NCBI GenBank assembly: GCA_010093815.1
Contig: ML996575.1
From: Pseudovirgaria hyperparasitica
Taxonomy: Eukaryota
Length of the DNA: 64,000 bases
Strand: one strand, 5' to 3'
This document shows positions 13,301-25,600 of this stretch, piece after piece. The position numbers and the translations under genes were made by a program. The notes beneath the pieces are model-generated. The model had not been told where the DNA came from. It saw only the letters and a list, made by a program, of their open reading frames with translations, and did no database searches. Every line of letters begins with the position of its first letter. Within the stretch, counting starts at the first letter, position 1.

Positions 13301-14330
13301 TATCCGTCCCGGCCATAGAACTAGAGAAGATAATTATACGGTTATACGAGAATAGAGGTAGATAGTTTAATAATCTATAGCCTAACGGAACGCCGCGGGA
13401 CTCATAGATATAATCTACTACCTAGAGTAAATCGAAAGGGGGTACTAGGTCCAGGCTTAACGCATACTACCATTAGGCTAGGCTAGCTACTATATATATA
13501 CTACTTATATACCTTACCGATAAAAAGATAGAAGATAAGTAAATTAATATCACGCTTACGCGTCGGAGGGATAGTAATAATAGTATACTGAGTAAGATAA
13601 TCGCCAATCCTATACGCGAAGCGCTCCTATAGCTAGATAAGGCCATGCGAAAGGAGATAGTATCGCTAGCTAATAAACACGCTTTAAAGGTAAACTAGAT
13701 CCGTAACTTCATTAATAATAACGTTTATAATAAAAGTACTAGACGCGCGCGACAAACATCCGCTAACCGCCTAGAGAAAATTATACTCGCATGTACCGTA
13801 CCGGCAAGCTTAATGTTCCTATACTTAGTAAGTGTTTATACTACCTACTAGTAACGTAATTCACTAATATATATAGGTACTACGTCCATATATATAAGCG
13901 AAAATGTTGGTATATTTACTAGCCGGCCTAAGTACGTCCGAATTAAATAAGGTATATAGATTATTTAGGTCGACCAAGTCAGATTCTCCGTGTATTCTAC
14001 TAGTATTAGCTTCGTAGGTCTACGAAGGATAAGACCTAATAGTCGCCGGTTTTATAGTATTAGTAGACTAATGCTTACGTAAGGAGACGTGGCTATAGGC
14101 AAGTATAAGATATTATCGCCATGGATAATATCGGCCTATAGTATATGCGTATACTTTGATTTTAGACTATTTAGAGGTCGAGGCTAGACTCGCCGCGTTA
14201 GGTAAGGTAATCGAAAGCACGAGGATACAAGCCTTAGACCTAGGAAAAGGAGATACAGCTACGGTAGAGATAGCCACACCTAACATGCTAGTAATAGGCG
14301 TACGCTTTAATCCCATAGAGATATAGTAGT
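10324..14330 (+). pseudogene. SNF2-family (SF2) ATPase, intron-containing, RIP-degenerate
   Basis: IL(A)DGLGLGK(T) at 12109; LIVDEF(H)SVKN at 12841; S(A)TPLLN at 12934; motif-VI-like R..TRRV(GQ) at ~14175-14205; GTAAGT..CTAAT..TAG introns at 11811-11867 and 13828-13876. Start and stop are approximate. Confidence 0.8.
10800..11490 (+). repeat. 234-bp (78-codon) tandem repeat x3 in SNF2 N-terminal region
   Basis: Near-identical peptide KxNxEDTKMEDDVASILRH starting at 10834, 11068 and ~11302. Confidence 0.93.
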
Positions 14331-14454
14331 ATAGAAGTAAGTAAGGTAGTCAGTCAATTAGCTTCTAAGAGACTAGATAGCATAGTAGTATAAATACGAA
14401 CCGCTATTTACTCGTGATTACATGTCTATATATATCTATACGTGAAGAGAAATA

Positions 14455-14792
14455 AGATATTTATTCTATACCGTTATATAGTAGGACGTTACTATATATA
14501 CCGGTATATAACGGAATGTTCCGACATGCGCCGGTATATTATAGGATATTCCTAGATACTCGAAGTATAGTCGTAGTATAAAGTAGCATTACTATTATAT
14601 GCCGGTATATGGTAGGACGTTACTATATATGCCGGTATACAACGGGATCATGTTCTAATATACTATACGCCGCCGGTATATCATAGAATATTCCTAGATA
14701 CTCGAAGTATAGTTGTAATACAAAGTAGTATCGCTATACTATACCGGTATTTAGTAGAACGTTACTATATATACCGGCATATAACGGGATTA
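14455..14792. repeat. ~130-140 bp tandem array rich in CCGGTATA motifs (about 2.5 copies)
   Basis: Repeated gtaggacgttactatatat(g/a)ccggtata..acggg and atattcctagatactcgaagtatagt. Confidence 0.85.
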
Positions 14793-14814
14793 AACGTTTT
14801 CTTAACGTTTGATA

Positions 14815-15006
14815 GAACGATTCTAAAAGAACCGGGACGGCTCTAGGAGAACTAGAACAACTCCGGGAGGACTAGGACGACTCTAGGAGGATTAGGATAA
14901 CTCTAGAAGTACTAGGACGACTCTAGGAGGATTAGGACAACTCTAGAAGTACCGGGACCCATTTAGGATAACTTTAGAAGTACCGGGAGACCTAGAAGTA
15001 TTGGGA
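14815..15006. repeat. 20-bp tandem repeat, about 9 copies
   Basis: CTCTAGRAGNAYTAGGACRA-type units. Confidence 0.88.
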
Positions 15007-15029
15007 GCGCCGTATCTTTCCTAATGCGA

Positions 15030-16757
15030 GATATATAACTTAGCTATATCCGCCGTAAGGGCCGGGCTAACTACTATAAAATACTTATACCCTATATCTA
15101 CTAAGGTATCTATATACTTCCTATTCTAGAGGAATAGTAATATAACGGGTAGGGGTCCGTCTATAACCTAAGTAGGCGCGCTATCCTCTAGGTCGGAGCC
15201 GTTATCCGGGTCGCCTATAGCTTTATTTCTTACCGAATATAGTAACGTCCCCCGATCTAGGCTTTAGTAGAGAGCTATACTTCCCCCGCCTTAGAGTCGG
15301 AATTAGTATTATTCTAAGCTAGGGCTATAACCTTAAGCGCTTATATATTAATAGCGTTTAGATAGCCCCGGTATTAGTAGCTAGTCTAGCCGTACCGGGT
15401 ATATACGCCCGCCGTATAGCGCTCCTAGAATAAGTCCTTCGGGATCTATAAAGAAGTCTCTTTCTTCTTAACCCCGTCCCTACCCTTTACTATTAGTAAT
15501 ATAGCTCGCTTCTTACCCTTTATCTTAACGGCCTTAATAGTAACCGCTAATATTATTATATCGCCGTCCTTATCCTTACTAGACCTATTTTAAGGTATAG
15601 CGCTTTACCTAGTATAGAGCTAGAATAACTCTATATCTATACTAATATCCCTAAGGTAGTCTATAGCGGCCTTATACTAGTCTAGGAGGCCCTGGTTTAG
15701 GGCTACCGTCTAGGTCTTCTAGTTAAGGCTATCCCGGAGCCGTATAAGCTTCTAGTTATTAGCCTAGTATATTCCCCTAGCCTTCTAGAGGGCGGTATAG
15801 AACCGTACGAAGTACTCCGTGAACGGCTTCTTTACCTTTTATATAATTATATTTAACTACTAGAGGGCCTACTCTTTAGTATATATATCTCCGAACTAGA
15901 ATTTAAGGTAGTCTAAGAACGCGTACGGGTTCTAGTCGCCGTTTAGCCCCCTAGTAGAATACACGGCGCTAACCCCCCTCTATACCTTAGGCGCTAGATT
16001 AGCCTAAATAAGGGCTATTTAGTCCCTATAGATGCCGATAAAGTTAGTATTCTAGGTAATCTTATACTATATCGTAACGGACTATATATAGAAGAGGGCC
16101 TTAGATCTATCGTACGGGTCGCTAAGGGGGAGGGGCTTTCTCTTAGGAGCCCGGTCGAGTATAATATATAGTATAGGAAGTAGTAAGGCGGGAGTACGCG
16201 TAGAAAAGGCTAGTTCGGGCCCGTATAGATATTAGGGCGCTACTAGGGAGGAGTCGGGCTAGGGTAGAGACGAGTTACTATAAGTTAAGGTAGCGGGAGT
16301 ACGGCTATATAACTCGACCGTAAGGAGGCGGGCGTTAATACGTTATAGAGCCGTATAGACGCTATATTTAATATTAGATATCCGAGACTCGCTTACCGCT
16401 TAGACGGCCGTAATAGACTCGTAGATAGACCGTATCTCGTCCCGAAAGCTAAGGAAGAAGTTAGAGAGTTACTATATTAGATTAGAGTCTTACGGGTTAA
16501 GACTATCTTATACTATAAGGCCACGTATAGGAAGAGATAATTAAAGTTAAATTAATATAATAGATATAACTAAGGTATTACTATAATAGTAATTAAGATA
16601 TATTATAATTTAACTTAGAGAGAGTAGGGATAAGCCGTATAGTTATAGCTTTAAGTATAGTCTTAAGCGAGGTCACGTGATACCCCTATACTAGTCTCTA
16701 TCTATCCCGGCTCTATTATATAATACTAGAGACAAGGTAAAGCCAAAGTCTATAATA
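15030..16757 (-). mobile_element. Gypsy family D fragment: 5' LTR, gag and start of protease, truncated
   Basis: Minus strand: CCHC spacing (C)TR(C)G(Q)T(GH)..RG(C) at ~15405-15360; LVD(T)G(C) protease at ~15098-15080; putative LTR 16556-16757 abuts family C sequence exactly. Confidence 0.8.
16556..16757 (-). repeat. Putative 5' LTR of family D (~200 bp)
   Basis: RIPped TG..CA-like ends; right boundary fixed by loss of homology with C copy 2 at 59813. No second copy in the window. Confidence 0.55.
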
Positions 16758-16982
16758 TACCCCGACCTAGGCTAGGCTCTAATAATCTAGCTATATATTA
16801 TTATAGTTATTACTTTCCGTCGTATATTACTTACGGTAGTACTAAATTTATAATATATAGTACTTATATAACTAAGAAGCGTTATTACTTATAGATATTT
16901 AAGTAAGTTTAAAGAACTTTACGTAGATTTACTTATATTAGTATAGATTACTACTAGGCCTCTAGTAACCCCTACTAATAAG

Positions 16983-17937
16983 NNNNNNNNNNNNNNNNNN
17001 NNNNNNNNNNNNNNNNNNNNNNNNNNNNNNNNNNNNNNNNNNNNNNNNNNNNNNNNNNNNNNNNNNNNNNNNNNNNNNNNNNNNNNNNNNNNNNNNNNNN
17101 NNNNNNNNNNNNNNNNNNNNNNNNNNNNNNNNNNNNNNNNNNNNNNNNNNNNNNNNNNNNNNNNNNNNNNNNNNNNNNNNNNNNNNNNNNNNNNNNNNNN
17201 NNNNNNNNNNNNNNNNNNNNNNNNNNNNNNNNNNNNNNNNNNNNNNNNNNNNNNNNNNNNNNNNNNNNNNNNNNNNNNNNNNNNNNNNNNNNNNNNNNNN
17301 NNNNNNNNNNNNNNNNNNNNNNNNNNNNNNNNNNNNNNNNNNNNNNNNNNNNNNNNNNNNNNNNNNNNNNNNNNNNNNNNNNNNNNNNNNNNNNNNNNNN
17401 NNNNNNNNNNNNNNNNNNNNNNNNNNNNNNNNNNNNNNNNNNNNNNNNNNNNNNNNNNNNNNNNNNNNNNNNNNNNNNNNNNNNNNNNNNNNNNNNNNNN
17501 NNNNNNNNNNNNNNNNNNNNNNNNNNNNNNNNNNNNNNNNNNNNNNNNNNNNNNNNNNNNNNNNNNNNNNNNNNNNNNNNNNNNNNNNNNNNNNNNNNNN
17601 NNNNNNNNNNNNNNNNNNNNNNNNNNNNNNNNNNNNNNNNNNNNNNNNNNNNNNNNNNNNNNNNNNNNNNNNNNNNNNNNNNNNNNNNNNNNNNNNNNNN
17701 NNNNNNNNNNNNNNNNNNNNNNNNNNNNNNNNNNNNNNNNNNNNNNNNNNNNNNNNNNNNNNNNNNNNNNNNNNNNNNNNNNNNNNNNNNNNNNNNNNNN
17801 NNNNNNNNNNNNNNNNNNNNNNNNNNNNNNNNNNNNNNNNNNNNNNNNNNNNNNNNNNNNNNNNNNNNNNNNNNNNNNNNNNNNNNNNNNNNNNNNNNNN
17901 NNNNNNNNNNNNNNNNNNNNNNNNNNNNNNNNNNNNN
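16983..17937. other. Assembly gap
   Basis: Run of N. Confidence 1.
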
Positions 17938-18544
17938 GATATTAAAATTCCTAGAAAAGGTTCTAGTAAAAAGGCTAAGGTTCCTTCCTTACGCGTGCTA
18001 AAGAGCTATAAAATTAGGGAAGATAGCTCTAATCTAGAAGTTTCTATACTAAAGGTATATAGTTCTATACTAATTATTAAATCTTTTCGCTAATTTATAT
18101 AATTCTTAGCGTGCCCGCGCCGGTCTATCTCTCTCTATCCTAGGTTCTATCGCTCCGTAGGTTTCTATAGAGGAGTTTATAGCTATAAGGCGCGCTATAT
18201 AGAATTTATAGCGTTGGAACGAAAGGCTAGAGACTTATATTATAAAGCTCTATACTATACTAAATAAGAACTAGCGGAAGGAATTAGATATAACTATCGC
18301 GGTAATTAGTACTTCTACTTCTACTCTAACTTAATTAGTTTAGATCTATACTAATTAGTACTAATATATCTCTTTTATCTAGTATTTTTAGTTTTTTAGT
18401 TTTAACTTTAAAGTAATCTTACTTCTTCTAGATAGATTAGTATAAGTTTATATAGATCTATATAGATCTTTATATTTTCTTTTAGCTTTCTTAATTTTAT
18501 CTTTCTTTAATAATAACTTCTTTAATCTCTTTAGTAATCTATAC

Positions 18545-19149
18545 NNNNNNNNNNNNNNNNNNNNNNNNNNNNNNNNNNNNNNNNNNNNNNNNNNNNNNNN
18601 NNNNNNNNNNNNNNNNNNNNNNNNNNNNNNNNNNNNNNNNNNNNNNNNNNNNNNNNNNNNNNNNNNNNNNNNNNNNNNNNNNNNNNNNNNNNNNNNNNNN
18701 NNNNNNNNNNNNNNNNNNNNNNNNNNNNNNNNNNNNNNNNNNNNNNNNNNNNNNNNNNNNNNNNNNNNNNNNNNNNNNNNNNNNNNNNNNNNNNNNNNNN
18801 NNNNNNNNNNNNNNNNNNNNNNNNNNNNNNNNNNNNNNNNNNNNNNNNNNNNNNNNNNNNNNNNNNNNNNNNNNNNNNNNNNNNNNNNNNNNNNNNNNNN
18901 NNNNNNNNNNNNNNNNNNNNNNNNNNNNNNNNNNNNNNNNNNNNNNNNNNNNNNNNNNNNNNNNNNNNNNNNNNNNNNNNNNNNNNNNNNNNNNNNNNNN
19001 NNNNNNNNNNNNNNNNNNNNNNNNNNNNNNNNNNNNNNNNNNNNNNNNNNNNNNNNNNNNNNNNNNNNNNNNNNNNNNNNNNNNNNNNNNNNNNNNNNNN
19101 NNNNNNNNNNNNNNNNNNNNNNNNNNNNNNNNNNNNNNNNNNNNNNNNN
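18545..19149. other. Assembly gap
   Basis: Run of N. Confidence 1.
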
Positions 19150-19544
19150 AATTATTTTTCTAAGTCTCTTTTTTAGTTAAATTTTTTAAAGTTCTAAGTT
19201 CGAACTTTCTAAGGAAGTTCCTTAATTCCTTAGAATATTTTAAAGATCTATATCTCTTTTATCTTCTTCCTTTTAGGCGGCCGTCCTTAGCGCTAAACTA
19301 TACTAAAAAACGTTAAATCGCCGTACTTTAGTATAATTCTCTACGATTCCACGGCTTCCTTTACTAATTACTACTTATATACTAATATCGCTACTTTACT
19401 AATGTTTATTATAGGTTCCTAAGTATCTTTATTAGGATTATATCCTTTCTAATAAATTTAATATAGCTATATACTATCTTCGGCGCGTTACTAGCTAAGT
19501 ATCTACTTAACTTTATAGATATCTATACCTTCTTACGTAACTAC

Positions 19545-19916
19545 TATGGAAGGCCGCTCCTACAGCCCCACATGTATATGTCCCTGGCTCAATTACATGG
19601 CTTTATTGTATATTTAAGGAGGGCGTTTTCCTTGGTCATTCTGCTCGGCGCGCTTCCCCCATCACTAATATTTGACTATTCGACCTTTTCTTACGTTCAT
19701 GGGCCTCTATGGGTATTGATTATTAGGCTTAGCTATTGAAGAATTGATTAAGAGTATTATATAGACCCGTCCTATCGTAAAAGAGAACTAATAAGAAGTC
19801 GTGCGTTCAAAGAGAACTCATAATACCTGGGAGAGATACTTATGAGTTCGTCGCGACTACTATACTAGGAATACAGCTATTTATAAAAGGGATACACATG
19901 GCGATAGCTTACTATA
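19545..19916 (+). repeat. 5' LTR of family B
   Basis: Direct repeat of 30611-30982 differing by transitions. Confidence 0.96.
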
Positions 19917-19920
19917 ATTT

Positions 19921-19937
19921 TAGAGGTCGTACCCGGA
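19921..19937 (+). promoter_or_regulatory. Primer-binding site, tRNA-Gln-like
   Basis: T(G>A)GAGGTCGTACCCGGA resembles the complement of the fungal tRNA-Gln 3' end (recalled, not searched). Confidence 0.65.
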
Positions 19938-20329
19938 CTATAAACTTATAGGGGGAGATTAGGACTCCGAAACTAGCTTAGGGGAAGTATATGGCGTGCC
20001 TAATAAGGTAGTCTAGACTTACTAGATCGAAGCTACGAGTCCGGAAAACAGGGAGTCCGGAGTCGCTAGGGGCTAGCCTCTTAAAAGTAGCCGTAAAAAG
20101 TATGCGCATGCTAACACGGGTGATAGCGCGACTCGAAAATGTCTTAGGGGAATGGGATATAAAATAGGGCTAGATAAAGTAGTAAAGAAGAGTTTAAAAA
20201 CGATAAATATAACCTGTTTAGTGCTGCTATAGCTGTTATTTATAAACACGGCCACACGAGTATACTACTTTAGGAACGCCTCACACGAAGATAATAATAT
20301 AAGTAGAATACCGTGAACCTTATATCGAT

Positions 20330-22600
20330 GAAGACGATAGTAATAGTTTACCTTATAAAGGGATTAGTTAATATAGAGAAGGGATGATAGGTGTTATAGG
20401 TAGACGCATTGGGCCAACCTTTAGTTAAGGTAATCCCTTAACTAATAACCTTACCCCCAGCGTCTCCACTAGTATATCTACTACTAGTAATGGTGCGATA
20501 GAAGCTTAAAATAACGACCTAGTAACTCGTAGAGAGATGCTTAACTTCTTCGTAGCATTTGCGCGACAAGGAAGGATGGTATCTCTACCTACCCTAGCCC
20601 CCGAGCGCTTTAAAGGAATAAATATTACGGCCTTCCTTCGGAAGTACGAGGATATATATATAAACTACGAAGTTCCGCCTGATAAGAAGATAACCTCCCT
20701 ACCGTTATACTACGAGGACTATCTCCGTCCTACTATTAAAGGAATAAGTAGGTTTTAGAAATAGTAGTAGGCCACGCTACGTGAAGAATTATTAAAGGAA
20801 TTCTCTCTATTTGACTCTACCCTCGAGGAAGGCACCATCCACTTTATCCGAAAATACGTGGAAATGGTTAAAGTAGACCCATCCTACTCTCTCCCTATGT
20901 ACTACTCCCGGTATCGTGTTATTATAGAGAAACTTACGGCTAAAGGAAGCCTAAGCTCGTATTCGCGAATAGAGCTCTTCCTAGAAGGGCTGCCTAATAG
21001 TCTTAAGGCTCGGGCTATAGAGAAATGTTAACTTACGATGGAAGTATATAGTTACGACTAGGTAATTATCTATAGCTTCGTATTACGAAAGGCTAGAGCA
21101 CTTAAGGAACTAGCTCGTATTAATAAGCACTTAGCCGCACAAGAGCTAGCCATAGCCATGTACTATAAATTAAAGATAGGGAGTAAGAAGACCGGCTTAG
21201 AAGAGTAGTTACATGAAGAAAGAAGAACTAATGAATTTAACTACCCCTCTCTAGTCGTAGTACACGTCGCGCTAGAATCGGATAAGTTTAACGAGATAGT
21301 AGAGAGATTTAGTAAACTAGACCTTACGTTAATTAAGATAAAGTCCTACTTTACCTCTAATCCCTTATTCCCATCCCTTAAGAAGTATAAATCTAAGCTA
21401 CTTTCGGCTATTATTAACTAGTAGGCGCGAAGGCTAAATCTTTTAGTACATCTCTAAGCACGAGGCATGCCCATAGAACTAACATAAGTTTATCTATAGA
21501 ATTATATATAGAATAGAGAATATGTCTCTACCCGAGACTCCTAAGAAGGCGTTATAGCCTAGGATAGGCCTCGAAGACCAATCGTGTGCATCACGTGCGG
21601 AGGAGATTATCTAATATATAGATGTCCGGAGATAGTAGAATATATTAGAGACGGATTACTAAATATTAACGGGGTACGAGTATTCTAAGGGCGTTTTAGG
21701 GCGAACGGAGAAGAAATCCTATTACTACCCTCCTCGGCAGGGCTATAAGCTACTCTATAAGCTATCCGGAACTATATAGTAATAGTTTAAAACGGCCTAA
21801 GCTAGTACGGAGGAGGAGTAAAGGTTTCTACGTCTATAGTAAACATTAACGCTTTATAGGGAGTGCCGGTATATAGTATTAGTATAAAACCTACGAAGGG
21901 TCCCTACTAGGCCTTAGCGGATAGTAATTTAAAAGAAGAAGTTATATCGCCCAAGAGTAAGAAAGATAGATATATAGAATTCCACGAACGCTTCGACGTG
22001 GCTAGTAATAGATATATCCGCGAGAAGATAGCCCTAGAAGAGCCCGCTATACTCGTAATATCTAGAAGGGGGATTATAAAGAGTATATCTAATTATACTA
22101 AGGAAAGAAAGATCGCCCGCCTCCGCGGAATGCGTGAAGGGTAGTATATAAGGATTATTAAGGAATAGGAGGACGGTAAGAAGAGTAGTAACTAGGGAAT
22201 GTCTAAATAAGAGCCAACGGCGCCGGAGGATAAGATAGATAAAGGGGATAGCCTAAATCCTAGTTAAAAGGCACGTATCCGAGGCGTTAAGCTTAATAAC
22301 TATCTACGCGAAGGATAGCGGCTAAGTATAGAAGCTAGCGAAGCATAGCTGGTACGCGTTCTAGGGATAACCATGAATATTACTATTAGCGAACTATTAA
22401 GCCTTAATGGTAACTTATATCGTGCGGTGTTCGAGAAAGGCGCCCCCGACTTTATAGCTAGAGAGGTCCGTAAGGCTCGAGAAGAGAGAGCCGAGAAGAA
22501 AGGAAGAAACGACTATACTATGGCTCCCGAGATAAATAAACTTAATGTATTAGTATCCCTCTATACTACGGGGACGGCTATTATATAACGAGATATTAAT
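20330..22600 (+). pseudogene. Gypsy B gag
   Basis: ERFKG.N.TAFLRKYE (ORF 20537); zinc knuckle CITCGGD(H)LIYRC at ~21586-21625. Confidence 0.8.
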
Positions 22601-25600
22601 TAGCTTAAGGAAGGGATAGTAAGGCTAGTAGCTAAGTGTCCGAGGTACCCCGTGGAAGTTAGTCCTAAAAGGGCGACTAGTATAGTACTATTTAATAGTG
22701 GCGTATAGGTAAATAGTATTTAACTAGATGCTATAAGGCGTCTCGGGCTAGCAATATCTTCGCTTCTACTATATATAAAGAACTCGAGTTTAGTTAGCGC
22801 TACTTAGTATAGTACTCTATTCGTGGGAATAGTATAGTAATACCCTATCTATATAGGTCGGATTATTACAGCTACTTCGATATTCGTATATAGCGAACTT
22901 AATTATAACCTTATTCTAGGGGAGCTATATACTAGATAGGCCTTACTTACGGTATAGAGGTTAGCCTCTAGGTAAGTACTCTTAATAGTCTACTCTATAT
23001 ATAGATAAGAATATATAACCTTTAAAACTAGTCCGGACGAGTATATTCTAGTCTTAGAGAAGGAGGGTAACTCCGTAGCTAGAGACTAACTATATAGCGG
23101 AGTATGTCGCCGGAAGCCGGAGTTAAGCCGGATTATTAGTTAAGGGCTACCCTTAACTAATAATCCGTACTAAATAGGGTCCGGTAAACCTACTAATAAA
23201 GGGGATAGGCTATATTTTTATATAGATATAGAAATGAGTTATATAGAGTTACTTTCCGAGAAAATCCGGTCTAAAAATGTTACTCGGTTATCAAGAAAAG
23301 ATAACTTAGCCGCCCTAGTTACGGCGGTAAGGTACGCTACCTTCGTACATAAATAAGGCACGATAATAGAACGGCTTATAGTAGGCTCTACCGGCCTCTA
23401 AAGACGGTATTTATCCGGGGTATTAAAGGGATTTAGTATAGCTACCATGTATAAAAGAAAGGGAGTTAAAGTACACCCCGTGGATGACTCCGAAGCCTAC
23501 CGAAAGGTTCCTAGGAATCTATTAGGGTATCTAGACTGGCGTAAACGAGCAATCGCACGGTAGGTACTTCTTCTAGCCGTCTATCTAGGCCTTAACGTAT
23601 TTAATAGGCTAATAGAGCCTCGAAGGGTAACTATCCCGCTAGGAACACGTCTAACGCCTCTATATATAAGTTAGCTAAAGATTAGAATGGAGCTACGTTC
23701 CGCGGAACTTAAGTTACTATATATAATCTTATTATATCGCGAGGAAGCACTAGCATAGGAATTCTTATACCTTAGTAAATTTAATAAAGAGGTGGCACCT
23801 CCGTAGGAGATCCGAACGGTGGAATATAAGGCATAGTAGGCTAAGAACTTTAATATTTCTAGAGCCCTTTATAGAAAGGTACTCATGATCCTAAAAGAGC
23901 GTCTTAATAGCGGAAGGCTCGAGCCCTATAGTAGTCCTTATTAAAACGCCTATTTTCTCGTGGAAAAGAAGAAGGAAGCCAATAAGGAACGAGATTATAG
24001 GTTAATTAATTCGGCGATAGAAATTAACCGAGTTACCATTCGTAATGCGGCTATACCGCCCTCGTGTAAAGAGTTCTCGGAGTACTTTATAGGGATAGCT
24101 ATCTTAACGTTTACCGACTTCTTCTTAGGATATAATTAGATTCTATTAGTAGAGCATTACCGAGACTTAACGGGGTTTATAACGCCCCTAGAATTACTAC
24201 ACGGGATAACATTACCTTAAGGGGCCACTAATTTAGTAGCTTAGTTCGTTAGAATTATATTAACTATTATATAAGAATACATCCCGGAGAGGGCTCTACT
24301 ATTCCTAGATGACTTAGGTATTAAAGGACCTATAACGAAATATAACTCTAAGGAGGCCCTGCCTAGAATTTATAGATATATCCTAGAACATTTAATTAAC
24401 GTGGATAAGGTTCTCGCGGATATAGAGCGCGCTAGATACGCCCTAAGTGGTAAGAAGACTTAGTAGTATGTTAAAGCCGCTAACGTTATAGGATATGTCT
24501 ACGATATTAAAGGGAGGCGACCGAGTAATAAAAAGGTTACTACTATTAGGGACTAGAAACCCTATAAAAACACGACGAATGTGCGAGCCTTCCTTAGCGT
24601 TTATATATATTTCTAGATATAGATCCCCGGGTACGCTATTATCGTATCACCGCTATTTATACTATTAAAGAATAAATCGGCCTAGTAGTAGATAGCTAAG
24701 GAGTAGACCTCGATGGACGCGCTAAAGATAGCTCTAACTACTACTCCCGCACTAATAACGTTATAGTATAGGATAGGTACGGGAGATATAATCCTAGTAG
24801 TAGACTCTAGTAACGTTAGATAGGGAGCTACATTAATATAGGAGAACGAGGATCGTAAACGTTAGCCATCGCGGTATAATAGAGGAATATAGTTAAAAGC
24901 TAAGAGAAACTACGACACCGTGAAGCTAGAGTACTAAGCCCTCCTCCACGCGTTATAGAAGTTCCGGTAATATCTCTATAGTATATACTTTATTATAGAA
25001 ATAGACACGAATACTCTAGTCGCTTAAATTAACCGTACCGTAACTAACTTACTAGGGGCGCTCGTTACTAGGTGGCTCGCGTAGATTTAGCTATAGAACT
25101 TTATAGTTAGACATGTACCTAGGAAGCGTAACGTAGTCGCTAATAGTATCTTACGGATATATAAAGGAGAAGAACCACTAGACGTCCCTACCTTTAACCT
25201 AGACGAGTTCGTGGACATGGCTCTATATATAGACGTGCTAGAGACGTCGTTAATTAAGCCCGTTAGCGGGAGAGATTACATAATAGGGATACTCGACTAT
25301 GTCGCTATTAAGTCTCCCTTAATAGATAAATATAGCGATAAATAGTAGAGGATTACGAAGTACCTTACTATACTCGAGAGGCTAACCAATCTAACTAACC
25401 GAGCGTATAAGGCCTTTATAACCGACTATCTAAAGTTCCTCATGCGTGACCGAATACTCTAGTAGAGAGTAGATAGGTATCGCTAATACACACGAGTAAT
25501 TAAGGATCCGAATACTAGGGCGCGTATAATTACTACCACTTATAACGAGATAGATTATAGAGGTAGCGAAGGGACCCTCGGAAGGATTAAGGATAAGTAT

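Noticed and set aside
10324..14330. Telomere-linked RecQ helicase or Academ element
   Set aside because: The motifs are SNF2-type (D.LGLGKT, DE.H..KN, TP..N), and no telomeric repeat arrays were seen.
14815..15006. CRISPR-like appearance of the short repeat arrays
   Set aside because: The repeats are contiguous with no unique spacers, no cas genes are present, and the context is eukaryotic.
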